Source: an uncultured delta proteobacterium
GTDB taxonomy: Bacteria; Myxococcota_A; Polyangia; Fen-1088
Length of the DNA stretch: 64,000 bases
NCBI GenBank assembly: GCA_963767925.1
Contig: CAVYGB010000010.1
Span: 480,001-544,000 of the forward strand
Reading direction: 5' to 3'
Part shown: positions 1 to 9,933 of the stretch, in pieces
How the letters are laid out: each line of letters starts with the position of its first letter
Numbering within the stretch: the first letter of the stretch is position 1
The notes under the pieces: generated by a model
Databases searched by the model: none
What the model was told of the DNA's origin: nothing
Seen by the model: the letters and a program-made list of their open reading frames with translations, nothing else
Position numbers and translations under genes: made by a program

Positions 1-110
1 CCCTGGGTCGCGAGTCGCCAGCCACCACCCGGCGTCGGAGTGGCAGACCTCCGGATCGGCCAGATCGAAGCCCAGGCATTCCGGCATGGGTGGGCAGAGC
101 ATCTTGTCGG

Positions 111-467
111 TCAGCTCTTCCAGACGGCCAGGCGCGGGCGACACGGCTTCGACCTCCGGCAGACCGCCGGTCGCGAGACCACCACCGTGTGGGGGCCGAT
201 CTCTCCGCTCTCCAGCCCGTGCTCGATGATCCGGCGGGCCGGGCGATCCTTGAGGCTCCCGCTGGGGTTGAGCATCTCCAGCTTGCCGAAGACGCGCACC
301 GGCAGCTCCGGGTACAGCCGGGTAAGAGCCACCAGCGGCGTCGAGCCGACCGCCGAAAGGACTCCATCGCCAGGGCGCCGCCTCAAGAGGGATTGACCTC
401 CGATCGCCGGCACGGGAGCCCTCCAAGCACCAGTCGCGCTCTCTGAGCACTGGACAGGCATCCGCAA
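111..467 (-). pseudogene. N-terminal fragment of a PLP-dependent cysteine synthase/SbnA-like enzyme
   Basis: VGSTPLVAL...GKLEMLNPSGSLKDRPA includes the PLP lysine motif. Similarity stops at HTVVV, where ESSSGN is expected. Confidence 0.75.
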
Positions 468-844
468 ACGAAGACGACCGTCGCCTGGCCCCCGCCGAAG
501 CGCTCGTCCGACTGCTCGCGGAGGACCTCCGCGAACGCGGTGTCTTGCCCTCGCGAGCAGGACGCATTGTGAAGCCTCATCCGTGCATCAGCCACGCAGA
601 TACCAGTAACGCGTTCGTGGGAACGGCCCAGCGTCGCAAAGCGCAGCACCTCTGCGATCGCATCTGCTTGCTCATTTCATCGCCCTGACAGCGTGGTCTG
701 TGCTGGTGGTGCGGCGTTTTGCGGCAGCTCCTGGACACTGGCCTGGAGTACTTGAGAAAGGGTGCCTCCGACCACGCGCTCGCTAGCCCTGGCAGGGTCG
801 CCCCTCGCGGCGGCTACCCGACCGCCTTCGGATCGCGAGGCCCC

Positions 845-1789
845 GTGGCGGTAACTCGGGTGCTGGTCACCGGCGGCGCCGGCTTCATCGGATCGCATCT
901 CTGCGACCGCCTTTTGGCCGACGGCCATGAGATCGTGTGTCTGGACAACTTCTTCACCGGGAGTCGGTCCAACATCTTGCACTTGCTGGGACATCCGAAG
1001 TTCGAGTTGCTCCACCGCGACGTGCAGGAACCTTTCACGGCGGAGGTCGACCTCGTCTATCACCTGGCCTGCCCGGCCTCGCCGATCCACTACCGACGCA
1101 ACCCCGTTCGCACCATCCGGACCGCGGTACAGGGAACCCTCAACCTGCTGGAGGTAGCGCGGGAGGCACGTGCGCGCATGCTCATCGCGTCGACCTCGGA
1201 GGTTTATGGCGATCCCCAGGAGCACCCCCAGCGTGAGACCTACTGGGGGCACGTCAATCCGATCGGACCTCGCTCCTGCTACGACGAGGGCAAGAGGTGC
1301 GCAGAGGCGCTCGCCACCGCCTACACCACCCAGGTCGGAACCGAGGTGCGGGTGGCACGCATTTTCAACACCTACGGGCCCCGCCTTCATCAGGACGACG
1401 GCCGTGTGGTCTCCAACTTCGTGGTTCAGGCGTTGAAGGGACTTCCTATCACCATCTTCGGCGACGGACGACAGACGCGATCCTTCTGTTTCGTTTCCGA
1501 CCTGGTCGAGGGACTCTGTCGTCTCATGGTCAGTGAGCAGACTGGGCCCGTCAACCTGGGCAATCCCCACGAAGTGTCCATGCTCGAGCTCGCCAAGCTG
1601 ATCATCCAGCTCACGCGCTCCAGCTCCAAGGTGGTGCACCATGAGCTTCCGGAAAATGATCCCAGCAGGCGGCAGCCCGACATAACCCGAGCCAAGCAAT
1701 CGCTCGGAGGCTGGTCGCCGCGGGTGGGCCTGGAGGAGGGCTTGCTGTCGACCATTCGTGATTTCCGCGAACGTTTAGGATGTGCTTGA
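845..1789 (+). CDS. UDP-glucuronate decarboxylase (UDP-xylose synthase), extended SDR family
   Basis: VLVTGGAGFIGSHL, HLACPASP, ASTSEVYGDP, YDEGKR, RIFNTYGP, GRVVSNF. Start placed at GTG 845. Confidence 0.93.
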   Translation: MAVTRVLVTGGAGFIGSHLCDRLLADGHEIVCLDNFFTGSRSNILHLLGHPKFELLHRDVQEPFTAEVDLVYHLACPASPIHYRRNPVRTIRTAVQGTLNLLEVAREARARMLIASTSEVYGDPQEHPQRETYWGHVNPIGPRSCYDEGKRCAEALATAYTTQVGTEVRVARIFNTYGPRLHQDDGRVVSNFVVQALKGLPITIFGDGRQTRSFCFVSDLVEGLCRLMVSEQTGPVNLGNPHEVSMLELAKLIIQLTRSSSKVVHHELPENDPSRRQPDITRAKQSLGGWSPRVGLEEGLLSTIRDFRERLGCA

Positions 1790-2089
1790 TCGAGGCCCTG
1801 CCCAATCCTGCGATGAATTGTTAGGCCGCTGTCTCCATCGGGAAGGCTGCGACGCCTACCGGAAGAAGAACGCCGCCGCCCCCCTCGACGAATTCGATCC
1901 CAGCCGCGCCATCGCCATCACCCGCCGCTACGAACCCTTCGACGCCGCCGGAAACATCATCCTCCAGAACGGCTGGGACAACTTCTTCTTCTGCCCGCCC
2001 CCATCCCGGCCCGCTGCTCCCCGCCGGAACCGGTGAAGGCGGGTGCCGTACCCCGCGGATTCGCGCGCAGGCCCGGCGAACGGGAGCGC

Positions 2090-2190
2090 CTCGAGCGCTT
2101 CGACGAGGCGGCGGTGCTCGGCTTCGATCTGCTCGGGCCGGCGTCGCCGGTCAGGATGAGCAGCGGGAAGGGCGGCGAACCGGACGGGGA
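2090..2190 (-). pseudogene. Diverged, frameshifted copy of the 3' end of the DUF6807/PmoA-like gene
   Basis: 29-nt exact match between 2108-2136 and 3134-3162, with diverged flanks. Encodes EQIEAEHRRLVE. Confidence 0.8.
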
Positions 2191-2246
2191 TCGCTGCAGC
2201 TACAACGCTGGTCTGCCGATGGGGTAGCGAGACCGCGAGGGTTTCC

Positions 2247-2894
2247 ATGGACGCGTCCCTGAGCACCGTCATCCCGTTGTTCCTGATCTGCGCCGGCGTC
2301 GCCGTGTACGGGGCCGAGTCCCGTCACCCCTGGCTGCTCCTCTTGACCAAGCCGCTGACCACAGCGCTCCTGTTCCTTGTCGCCGGGTGGCCCGTCGAGC
2401 GCTTCCAGGTCCTGATCTGGCTTGGCATCCTGCTGTCGCTCTGGGGGGACGTGGCGTTGCTGAGCGACTCCGCCCGGGCGTTCCTGGTCGGGCTGGTGCT
2501 GTTCCTGGGAGCGCACCTTTGCTACATCGGCGCCTTCGTGGGCGTGGGACGCCCGTCGGCCAGCCTGATTGTCGTGGTGCTCGCCGTCGGCGCCGCCACG
2601 CTGCTGCTGCTGCGTCGGCTGTGGCCACGGGTGGGGAGCTTGCGGCCGGCGGTCCTGGTCTATGGCACGGCCATCAGCCTGATGGTCATCACGGCCTTCG
2701 GCACCCGCGGCGGGGAGCTGCCCGCCCGGGCTTCGACCTGGGCCATCGCCGGGGCCCTGCTGTTTTACATCTCGGACTCCAGCCTGGCCCTCAATCGGTT
2801 CGACCGGCCGATCAAACATGCCAGCTTGCTGACCCTGGGTGTGTACTGGCTGGGACAGCTGGGGATCGCCCTGGCCGCCCGCCTGAGCGGCTGA
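2247..2894 (+). CDS. Lysoplasmalogenase, YhhN/TMEM86 family
   Basis: Multi-TM protein with TKPL, GDVALL, FLGAHLCY, FYISDSSLA and YWLGQ motifs. Confidence 0.9.
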   Translation: MDASLSTVIPLFLICAGVAVYGAESRHPWLLLLTKPLTTALLFLVAGWPVERFQVLIWLGILLSLWGDVALLSDSARAFLVGLVLFLGAHLCYIGAFVGVGRPSASLIVVVLAVGAATLLLLRRLWPRVGSLRPAVLVYGTAISLMVITAFGTRGGELPARASTWAIAGALLFYISDSSLALNRFDRPIKHASLLTLGVYWLGQLGIALAARLSG

Positions 2895-3112
2895 GAACGA
2901 GCAGCCGCCCGCGCCTCCCCGCTATCGCCTCTCTCCGTCCAGCCGGGCGGCCATCGATCTGGCCGCGCACGTGGTCAGCACCCGAGGGTTTCGGGCTCCC
3001 GCCCGCGCTTCGGCATCGACGGGTAGACCAGAAAACGGCTGCTTCGCCGGATTGCCGCGGCCTGCCTGGGTCCGGCCCGCAAGCGGGCGCGCCCGCGCCC
3101 GGGGACCGGGCG

Positions 3113-4198
3113 TTACTTGAGCTCTTCGACGAAGCGGCGGTGCTCGGCTTCGATCTGCTCGGAGCGGGCGTGACCGGTGAGGATGAGCAGGCGGTAGGCG
3201 AAGCGGGTGGGAGGCCCGGCGGGGAGGACGAAGCTCAGAGTGTTCTTGCCCTGGCTGAGGGCGCTCTGGCCGAGGGGGTTGGCGGCGAAAAGGCCCCAGG
3301 GGCGAGCGTGCCAGTGGGTCGGGTAGCCGGGGTTGCCCGGGTGGTCGAGCAAGGCCAGGGTGACGGGGCCGCCGTCCTCGCCTTCCAGGGTTCCGGTGAG
3401 CATCATCCAGCGGCCGCGCGTGCCCCACACAGCTTCTCCCTCGATCCCCTCGCTGCTGCGGTAGCGGCCGGTCCCGGCCGGGTTCTTGCTGTGCGGGTGC
3501 TCGAGGGACCGGGCCAGACGCAGCCCCAGGGTCCCCTCCTTGTTGTCGGGCATCTTCACGGGGCCGCCGGGGGACGAGAGCAAGGCGATCCTGTCGATCG
3601 ACCGCCGCCCCGGCGCTCCCGCGAAGACGTAGCGGGTCTCCTCGTGCACCGCCGTCGCGCCCGAAGGTCCGACCCAGTCGCTGCTCACCTCCAGCTCGCC
3701 CTGGCCGCGCCCGCCACGGGCGCTGCGGACGGCGCGGTGGACGACGCTCCCTTTGGCCCTGGCCGCCTCGGGCGACAGGGCGGTGGAGTTGCCCCAGAAG
3801 TCCAGGCCGTCCACGTCGCCATAGTTGAACCAGAAGCCTATGTGGTGCGGGTGGTCGGTGGCCTCGCCCGGGCGGGGCTCGACCGGCCAGCCGCGGGTGA
3901 CGATCCCCTGGTGCTCGCTGCGGATGGGGAGCAGCAAGGGCTTCTTGAGGTCCGGATCGAAGCGGTAGGTGGTGAACGGCTGCCCATCGATGAGCACATC
4001 CACCCGTTTCCCGTCATGCGGCACCACGCTCACCTGCGGGACCTCCGCCGCAACGGCCGCCGGGCGCGCCACCCCGGCGGGGTCTTCGCCTGCGGCGGGC
4101 AAGGGCGGTTGTCCGCCCCGCGGCCAGCAGGCCGCCAGCAGGAGGGGCGCGATCAGCAACGGAAGGCGAAGGGCATGGCGGTCGGCTCTGGAGCGCAT
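3113..4198 (-). CDS. DUF6807 (PmoA-like) family exported lipoprotein
   Basis: Lipobox LLAAC, then TRGWP, DHPHHIGFWFNYGDV.G.DFW, DNKEG and WHARPWGLFAANP. Confidence 0.8.
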   Translation of the reverse strand: MRSRADRHALRLPLLIAPLLLAACWPRGGQPPLPAAGEDPAGVARPAAVAAEVPQVSVVPHDGKRVDVLIDGQPFTTYRFDPDLKKPLLLPIRSEHQGIVTRGWPVEPRPGEATDHPHHIGFWFNYGDVDGLDFWGNSTALSPEAARAKGSVVHRAVRSARGGRGQGELEVSSDWVGPSGATAVHEETRYVFAGAPGRRSIDRIALLSSPGGPVKMPDNKEGTLGLRLARSLEHPHSKNPAGTGRYRSSEGIEGEAVWGTRGRWMMLTGTLEGEDGGPVTLALLDHPGNPGYPTHWHARPWGLFAANPLGQSALSQGKNTLSFVLPAGPPTRFAYRLLILTGHARSEQIEAEHRRFVEELK

Positions 4199-4406
4199 CT
4201 CTCTTCTCCGATACCGCGGCCACGTCGCGAGCGGGGAAAAAAGATCCCCAACGTTGCCCACGGCGCGCCAGGACCGTCATCCTGTCGGGCCTGTCGCGAG
4301 CTTTGATCGGCAGCGGATGGTAGCAGGCGAGGATCTCGCCACGGGCCGGCTGCAGCGGGCGCTGGGAGGAGCGTTTCCGGGCGTCTGCGGTGTTGCTCTG
4401 CGCGTA

Positions 4407-5156
4407 TCACGCGCGGCGGTAGGCGCAGATCCGCTCGCTCCCCAGGAGGCGCCAGCGGGGATGGTGGGGCCAACCATGCAGGAACGTGCTCAGCCGGTAG
4501 AGCCATCCTTGGCTCAGGAACTGCTGCAGCGGTCGCAGCAGCCCGTAGCGATACTCGCCCGCGAACGTGAGGCCCCGGCTGGCGAGCAGCCGGTCGACCT
4601 GGCCGGCCGCGAGCCGATTCCAGGCGTAGCGATCGGAGCGGATATGGCTGCGCAGCCGCGAATAGAGCACCAGGGCGGCGCCCACGGGGTGAGCGGCGTC
4701 CGTGTGCTCGATGATGGCGAGCCCCCCGCGCAGGAGGCGGGCTGCCAGCCAGTCGAGCGTCTCGAGGGGCGACTCGACGTGCGCCAGAAGCCCCGCGCAG
4801 ATGATGAGGTCGAACTGCCGGCCGTCGTCGGGAAGATCCAGGAAGCTCACTCCTCGAAAGTCCACCTGCGCAAGCAGGGAGGGCGGCGTCCGGGAGCGAG
4901 CGGCCTCCAGCATCCCTCGGGACGTGTCAACGAGCGTCAGGTGGCCGCCCTGGCCCAGCAGGGGCAGCGAGAGCGAGCCATCGCCACAGCCGATGTCGAG
5001 GATCCTCTCACGCCTTCCCGCGAATAGCACGACCGCCTCCTGCCTCAGGCGCAACACATGTTCCTGCGCGAGGTGGTGGGAGACATCTTCGAAGTAACGA
5101 CGTACCTTGCGTGCGCGGGACGCCTCCTGATCCCCGGTACCCGGCTGCAAGCTCAT
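4407..5156 (-). CDS. Class I SAM-dependent methyltransferase
   Basis: ILDIGCGDG, VDTSRGML, FDLIICAGLLAHV. ATG 5156 lies just downstream of the GT4 stop. Confidence 0.85.
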   Translation of the reverse strand: MSLQPGTGDQEASRARKVRRYFEDVSHHLAQEHVLRLRQEAVVLFAGRRERILDIGCGDGSLSLPLLGQGGHLTLVDTSRGMLEAARSRTPPSLLAQVDFRGVSFLDLPDDGRQFDLIICAGLLAHVESPLETLDWLAARLLRGGLAIIEHTDAAHPVGAALVLYSRLRSHIRSDRYAWNRLAAGQVDRLLASRGLTFAGEYRYGLLRPLQQFLSQGWLYRLSTFLHGWPHHPRWRLLGSERICAYRRA

Positions 5157-5163
5157 CGCGCCT

Positions 5164-5745
5164 CTACGCCAGGCCCCGGGCAACCAGCAACCGTCGGTAG
5201 AGGGTGGCCAGGCCGCGGCACAGCCGATGGGCGCTGTATCGCATGGCCGTTCGACGGCGCAGCGTCGGCACGTCCCGCATGGGTAGATCCGAGGCCAGCA
5301 CCTGGGCCATGCCGGCGGCAAAGGCCTCGGGGGTGAAGGGGGGCTCGACGATCGCTCCGAACGGCTGCTCTCCGGCGATGTCCCTCAGGCCGCCCACCGC
5401 CGTGGCCACGACCGGGACGCCCGCGGCCATGGCCTCGATGACCGCCAGCGGTGTTCCCTCGTTGCGCGACATCATGGCGACGACGTCGAAGTCCGAGTAG
5501 AGGTTCGCCAGGTCGAAACGCCAGCCGAGAAAGTGGACCCGATCGCCCAGGCCGAGCGCCGCTGCTTGCTGCCGCAGCTCGCCCGCCAGTTCGCCGTCCC
5601 CCGCGACGACGACGTGGGGACGGTGGCCCGCGCGGGCGGGCAGCAGGGCCACCGCGCGCAGCAACAAGTCGTGGTTCTTGATGGGCGCCAGCCGGGCGAC
5701 CGCTCCGATCACGGGGACCTCGGACGGCAGGCCGAGCTCGTGGGC
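5164..5745 (-). pseudogene. C-terminal half of a GT4 glycosyltransferase (5'-truncated)
   Basis: IGAVARLAPIKNH, SRNEGTPLAVIEAMAAGVPVVATAVGG. The N-terminal domain is missing; the intron 3' end lies directly upstream. Confidence 0.85.
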
Positions 5746-5762
5746 GTGTTCGAGCCCGTGTT

Positions 5763-5837
5763 GTCGGGTAGCCCGAGGCAGTTACCCACCCCGGGCGCCC
5801 ACCGGAACCGGACAAGGAGATTTCCACCATCCGGCTC
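5763..5837 (-). ncRNA. Group II intron domains V and VI with the 3' splice end
   Basis: Minus strand reads GAGCCGGATGGTGGAAATCTCCTTGTCCGGTTC (DV with AGC triad, 5837-5805), then a DVI hairpin with bulged A ending ...CTACCCGAC at 5763. Confidence 0.92.
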
Positions 5838-5852
5838 TTCCGCCGAGACGTC

Positions 5853-6262
5853 TCACGTCAGCTTTGCCCAGAGCTGAACTTTCAGCCGTGGGCGCGGCAG
5901 CGGGAATGCTCGAAGAAGGTCCCCGAAGCGCTGCCAGTTCAGGCGCGTGCGGTTGCTCCGGCGTCGCAGCCACCGGTACCAGATTCTCTCCGCGGCCCTC
6001 ACGAGCCGGGAAATGCAGGCCAGGTTGCCGTTGACGCCGAAGTAGTTGATATGTCCGCTGATGCGCCTGCAGAGCGAGGCGTGCTGCTCCTTGACCGGCT
6101 CGTGTCGGTGGCGCCGACAGAAGTCGTTGCTGGCTTGCTTGGCCCTCTGGAGCCTCGCCTTTCGGGTTTTGAAGTTCTGCCCCCAGTGACCCTTCCGGGT
6201 CCTCTGCCACAAGAGCGTGAAACCCAGAAAGTCGAAGCTTCCCGGTCCCTTGCCTCCATCGA
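5853..6262 (-). pseudogene. C-terminal fragment (RT motif 7 + domain X) of a group II intron RT/maturase, probably bacterial class E
   Basis: GGKGPGSFDFLGFT...ISGHINYFGVNGN...WYRWLRRRS...NWQRF...FPLPRPR. YADD and RT0-6 are absent and there is no endonuclease domain. Confidence 0.9.
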
Positions 6263-6285
6263 CACCACGACGGCCGCGGCAGTCA

Positions 6286-6639
6286 TCAGGGTTGGTGGCG
6301 GTGCATGCCGGCGAGCCGAGTGAGCATCGCCCACAGCCGGTCGAGCAGAGACATCACCGCTTCGATCTCGGTATCGGGAGCAAGTCCCAGGATTGCAACC
6401 GCCTCCAAGGCGGCTGCCGCCTCGGACGCTTCGCCTCTGGCGGTGCGGAACCGTGAGATCCTGTCGGCGCCCGTTCGGCTGGATGCCTCGGCGATGCCCA
6501 GGTATGCCGACAACAGCGCGCGCCGAAGCTGGTCCTGCAACGTCGCATACCCGCGTGGCATTCTCCGCGCAAGAGCGTCGGCCGCGGCGAGGGCCACGGC
6601 CAGGAAGCCTGGCCTCCGGCGGCGATCGGGGAGCGACAC
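6286..6639 (-). CDS. Four-helix-bundle protein (23S-IVP/bAvd-like), probably lacking its N-terminus
   Basis: LQDQLRRALLSAYLGIAEASSR...RFRTARGEASEAAAALE...LLDRLWAMLTRL. The usual N-terminal LxVY segment is not visible. Confidence 0.8.
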   Translation of the reverse strand: MSLPDRRRRPGFLAVALAAADALARRMPRGYATLQDQLRRALLSAYLGIAEASSRTGADRISRFRTARGEASEAAAALEAVAILGLAPDTEIEAVMSLLDRLWAMLTRLAGMHRHQP

Positions 6640-6904
6640 ACGGCGCTACCGGGGCGCGAGCCGGGCCCAGCCGAACGCAGGGCAGACGCGTCCGGCGGCA
6701 CCTCGCCAGCTCATTAGCCGGCAAAGGTGGTCTCTGCCCAGGCTCGGCGCGGTGGGATTCCTGCCGGCGGAGATCGTGAACTGCTCGGCGCCCCTGGCAC
6801 CTTCAAAGAAGTTGCGTCCCTGGCCGTCACGGCCCTGTCCAGCGGCGAAAGAGAGGGTTTGAGGCCGGGCGGCGCCCCGAGGGTCGCCCGGCCGCCCGCC
6901 CCGG

Positions 6905-7864
6905 TCACTTGCGGGTCAGCTGTCCGCGGATTTCACCGATCGGGAAGTCCTCGGAGTGCACGTTCACGTAGAAGCCCCCGCTGTCGAGGAGGTCCAGGTC
7001 CCGGGCGCTCATGTCGAAGACGCCCGTGAGGGTGCCGGCCTCCTCGCCCACGGGCCGGATGGTCAGGTCGAAGCGGATCTCGCCGTTGATCCCGGGGGGG
7101 CCCTCGTGGATGTGGGCGACCGTCGAGGGGGCGAGCAGCCGGTCGAAGGATCCGTCGGTGCGGATCTGCTCCTCGCGGTCGTCGAGGATGGCCGCCAGGG
7201 AGCCCCGGCCCCTGGTCGTCACGGTTGGCACCTCCTGGCCTCCCGACAGGGGGGAGGCGGTGAAGAGGGTCTCGCCCTGCCGCAGGAGCTGGCCGCGGAC
7301 CTCACCGTCGGGGTTGGCCTGCGCGTGCACGTTCACATAGAGCCGTCCGGCGCGCAGGTTGGCGATGTCGGCGCGGCTCAGGCGGGCGTTCCCGACGCTG
7401 AAACGCCGGCTGTCGAGCGCGACGACGATGGGCCCGTTGGCCCCGCCGGGGGCGCGGTGGATGTGGGCGACGGTGGCCCCGCCGACGTTGTGCTGAAGGG
7501 CGAAGATGACGTCACGCTCGTTCCCGCTCACGATGAGCGCCATCTGCAACCGGGCCCGGGTCCTGACCGCTGGCACCTCCTCGCCGCCATCGCCGTTGGC
7601 CACGAACACGTGATCGGCAAGACCGTCCGGCTGGGTGAGAAGGGAGATGGGCGGATCGACTTCGCCGATCGGCGGAAGGCCGGTGTGATCCAGCCGCTCG
7701 AGCCGCTGGATCGCCTGCTCGAGCTGGGGCCGGAGGGCCTCGAGATCGGGAGGGGGACCGTCCGGTTCGGACGGCTCGTCTTCATGGGCGCCGCACGCTG
7801 CGGCCAGCAACACAGTTGCGAAAAGAGTGAGATTCCCTTGTCGTGAGCACTGGACTCTATTCAT
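6905..7864 (-). CDS. Lipoprotein with two CHRD domains
   Basis: LAAAC lipobox, two copies of EVP...AHIH...G.NG...YVNVH...P.GE.RGQL, GAGAGGA RBS before ATG 7864. Confidence 0.9.
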   Translation of the reverse strand: MNRVQCSRQGNLTLFATVLLAAACGAHEDEPSEPDGPPPDLEALRPQLEQAIQRLERLDHTGLPPIGEVDPPISLLTQPDGLADHVFVANGDGGEEVPAVRTRARLQMALIVSGNERDVIFALQHNVGGATVAHIHRAPGGANGPIVVALDSRRFSVGNARLSRADIANLRAGRLYVNVHAQANPDGEVRGQLLRQGETLFTASPLSGGQEVPTVTTRGRGSLAAILDDREEQIRTDGSFDRLLAPSTVAHIHEGPPGINGEIRFDLTIRPVGEEAGTLTGVFDMSARDLDLLDSGGFYVNVHSEDFPIGEIRGQLTRK

Positions 7865-8152
7865 GCGTCCTCTCGTTGCGGACAAAGCCGCACCTGCCTG
7901 GCCCGATATCAGCGCCCCGGCGGTGCCGAGGTCCGATAGCGAGCCACGGGACAACATGAGGTCCGCTCGGCCGCCGCTCTCCCCGTGCCAGGGCGATTGC
8001 GTGACGCTCGGACAGGGCCGACGTCTGGCACGACGTCCATCGGGGTCGCTTCATGCAGACAAATTTCCTCATTGATGCGGCTGAATTCCTCCGCAATCCG
8101 CGACGGCGTCAGGCTGTCGTCGACGGGGATTTCGTGCAACGATCGGGGATCC

Positions 8153-8785
8153 ATGGTTGGGCCTCTACCCTGGTTGCCAGGCAAGCGCCCGGGGGGGCCC
8201 GGCCGGCGCCGGGCCTCGCTGACGTTGATGGCAGCGGCGCTGCTGGCGGGCGCTCCCGCTCGTGCCCAGGAATCCACGCCCCCCAGCATCTCGCCCCGGG
8301 ATGAAGCCGCGGCCAAGCTCCACTACGAAAAGGGAACCGCCGCTTATGCCCTCGGGGACTTCGTGGAAGCCGCCAGGCAATACGAGGAAGCCTTCCGCTT
8401 GAAGCTGGACCCGGCGCTGCTGTTCAACGCCGCCCAGGCGCAGCGTCGGGCGGGCAACCGCCAGCGCGCCATCGAGCTTTACGAGAACCTGCTGCGGGTG
8501 TTCCCCACCGGCACCGGTCACGAGAAGGCGCGGCAACACCTCGACGCGCTCAGGGGGTCCGCGGCCCTGGAGCGACCCGCGTCCAGGGAACGCCCTGGGC
8601 CGACGCCGCCCCCGGCTGCCCTCCGTGCCGGGCCACCGCCCGCACCCGCGCGGCCAGCGCTTTACCATCAGACGTGGTTTCTGGCGACCGTCTCCGCGGT
8701 GGTGATCGCGGGTGTGGTCGGCGTGGCGGTACGTGCGGCGGGCGACAAGCCGGCCCGGCCGAGCTGGGGGCAGGTGGGCCGGTGA
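8153..8785 (+). CDS. Myxobacterial-type TPR protein with C-terminal TM helix
   Basis: Signal peptide, AKLHYEKGTAAYALGDF...LLFNAAQAQR TPRs, YHQTWF followed by a TM helix. Confidence 0.8.
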   Translation: MVGPLPWLPGKRPGGPGRRRASLTLMAAALLAGAPARAQESTPPSISPRDEAAAKLHYEKGTAAYALGDFVEAARQYEEAFRLKLDPALLFNAAQAQRRAGNRQRAIELYENLLRVFPTGTGHEKARQHLDALRGSAALERPASRERPGPTPPPAALRAGPPPAPARPALYHQTWFLATVSAVVIAGVVGVAVRAAGDKPARPSWGQVGR

Positions 8786-9846
8786 CGGCGCTTCCGCTGG
8801 CGGTGATCGGGGCCGTGGTCCTCTGTCTGGCGGCAGGGTGTCGGGGACAGCGGCGCTGCAACGACCGCACGGTGCTCCTGACGGTCACCCTCGTCGGGGG
8901 CGCGCAGGAGGCCGAGGAGATCGAGGTGCGGCCCAGCGTCGAGGGCCGGGCCCTGACCGGCGGCCCCGTGGCGAGACGACCGGGGGATGTCAGCGGCACC
9001 GTCGAGGTCGTGCTCGGGGACCGCTACCAGGCCGACGCGCTGGTGACCATCGTGGTGGTTGCCCGGGCCAAGGGCGTGGTGCTGGCCGAGGGGCAGGTTG
9101 TGGAATGGCTGACGGCCCGATGCTCCACGCTGTCGGTCCTCCTGGGCGCGGGCCCGTCCGTTCCCCCACTCGACGGCGCCGGTTCCGCCGATGCTGGCGC
9201 TGCCCCTTCCGATGGGCCGGAACATGCGCGCAACGAGCCAGCCGACGCGCCCCTGCCCGCGGACGGCCCGACGCCGCCCGACGCTCCGGAGGACGTCGCC
9301 CCCGACCTGCCTCCCGATGGGGCCCCCGACACGCTCCCCGCGCCCAGACGCATCTTCGTCACCCGGGATCGCTACACCGGCAACATGGGGGGCCTGGCGG
9401 GCGCGCACGGCCTGTGCACGCAGCTCGCGAACGCGGCCGGGCTGACCGGCAGCTTCAAGGCCTGGCTCAGCACCGCCACCTCGGGCCCCGCCGCGTTCAT
9501 GGCCCAGCACCCCGTCCCCTACGTGCTGCCCAGCGGCCAGGCTGTGGCCACGGGCTGGGGCGACCTCGTCGACGGCAGCCTGTCGCGGCCCATCGACCGC
9601 GATCAGAACGGGGACCTCGCCGACCCGCAAGGGATCTGCGAGGGCGGCGAGGTCTGGACCAACACCACCGCCGCCGGCACCCCCATCGGCCCCTCCGACT
9701 GCGCCGGCTGGACCAGCCTGGCCCTCGACCCCGCGCTGGCCTCGGCCGCGGGCAACCTCCGTTACAGCGACACCCGCTGGACCAGCTCGGGCTGCCGCTC
9801 GATCGGTTGCAACTTCGCTCTGCAGATCTACTGCATCGAGCAGTGA
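8782..9846 (+). CDS. Lipoprotein with C-terminal DUF1554-like domain
   Basis: LAAGC lipobox, D/P/A-rich linker, IFVT...GNMGGLAGA..LC..LA..AGL...FKAWLS...IYCIEQ. GTGA overlap with the TPR gene. Confidence 0.8.
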   Translation: MTALPLAVIGAVVLCLAAGCRGQRRCNDRTVLLTVTLVGGAQEAEEIEVRPSVEGRALTGGPVARRPGDVSGTVEVVLGDRYQADALVTIVVVARAKGVVLAEGQVVEWLTARCSTLSVLLGAGPSVPPLDGAGSADAGAAPSDGPEHARNEPADAPLPADGPTPPDAPEDVAPDLPPDGAPDTLPAPRRIFVTRDRYTGNMGGLAGAHGLCTQLANAAGLTGSFKAWLSTATSGPAAFMAQHPVPYVLPSGQAVATGWGDLVDGSLSRPIDRDQNGDLADPQGICEGGEVWTNTTAAGTPIGPSDCAGWTSLALDPALASAAGNLRYSDTRWTSSGCRSIGCNFALQIYCIEQ

Positions 9847-9933
9847 GGAGATGGCACCGGGCCAGCCGCCCGTGTCAGCGCCGTACTTCGCTCGCCTCAC
9901 ACGAGGCTGTCAGCGGGGTCGCCCATCTTCTCC

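Larger units (their letters stand above)
5763..6262 (-). mobile_element. 5'-truncated group II intron remnant
   Basis: IEP tail followed at canonical spacing by DV/DVI. Confidence 0.9.

Noticed and set aside
1800..1830. Integron attC sites (GTTAGGC here, GTTAGGT near 47283, CCTAAC near 51109)
   Set aside because: There are no paired R''/R' boxes with inverted-repeat structure and no integron integrase.
1782..2036. 84-aa ORF as a real gene
   Set aside because: The middle is coding-like but has no credible start or family. It is probably another remnant.
3113..4198. Particulate methane monooxygenase subunit A
   Set aside because: This is a soluble lipoprotein of the DUF6807 type, with no TM helices and no pmoC/pmoB.
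5763..6639. Diversity-generating retroelement (Avd + RT + TR/VR)
   Set aside because: The RT fragment is followed by intron DV/DVI and has no catalytic core. The repeat pairs in the window do not show adenine-specific mismatches.
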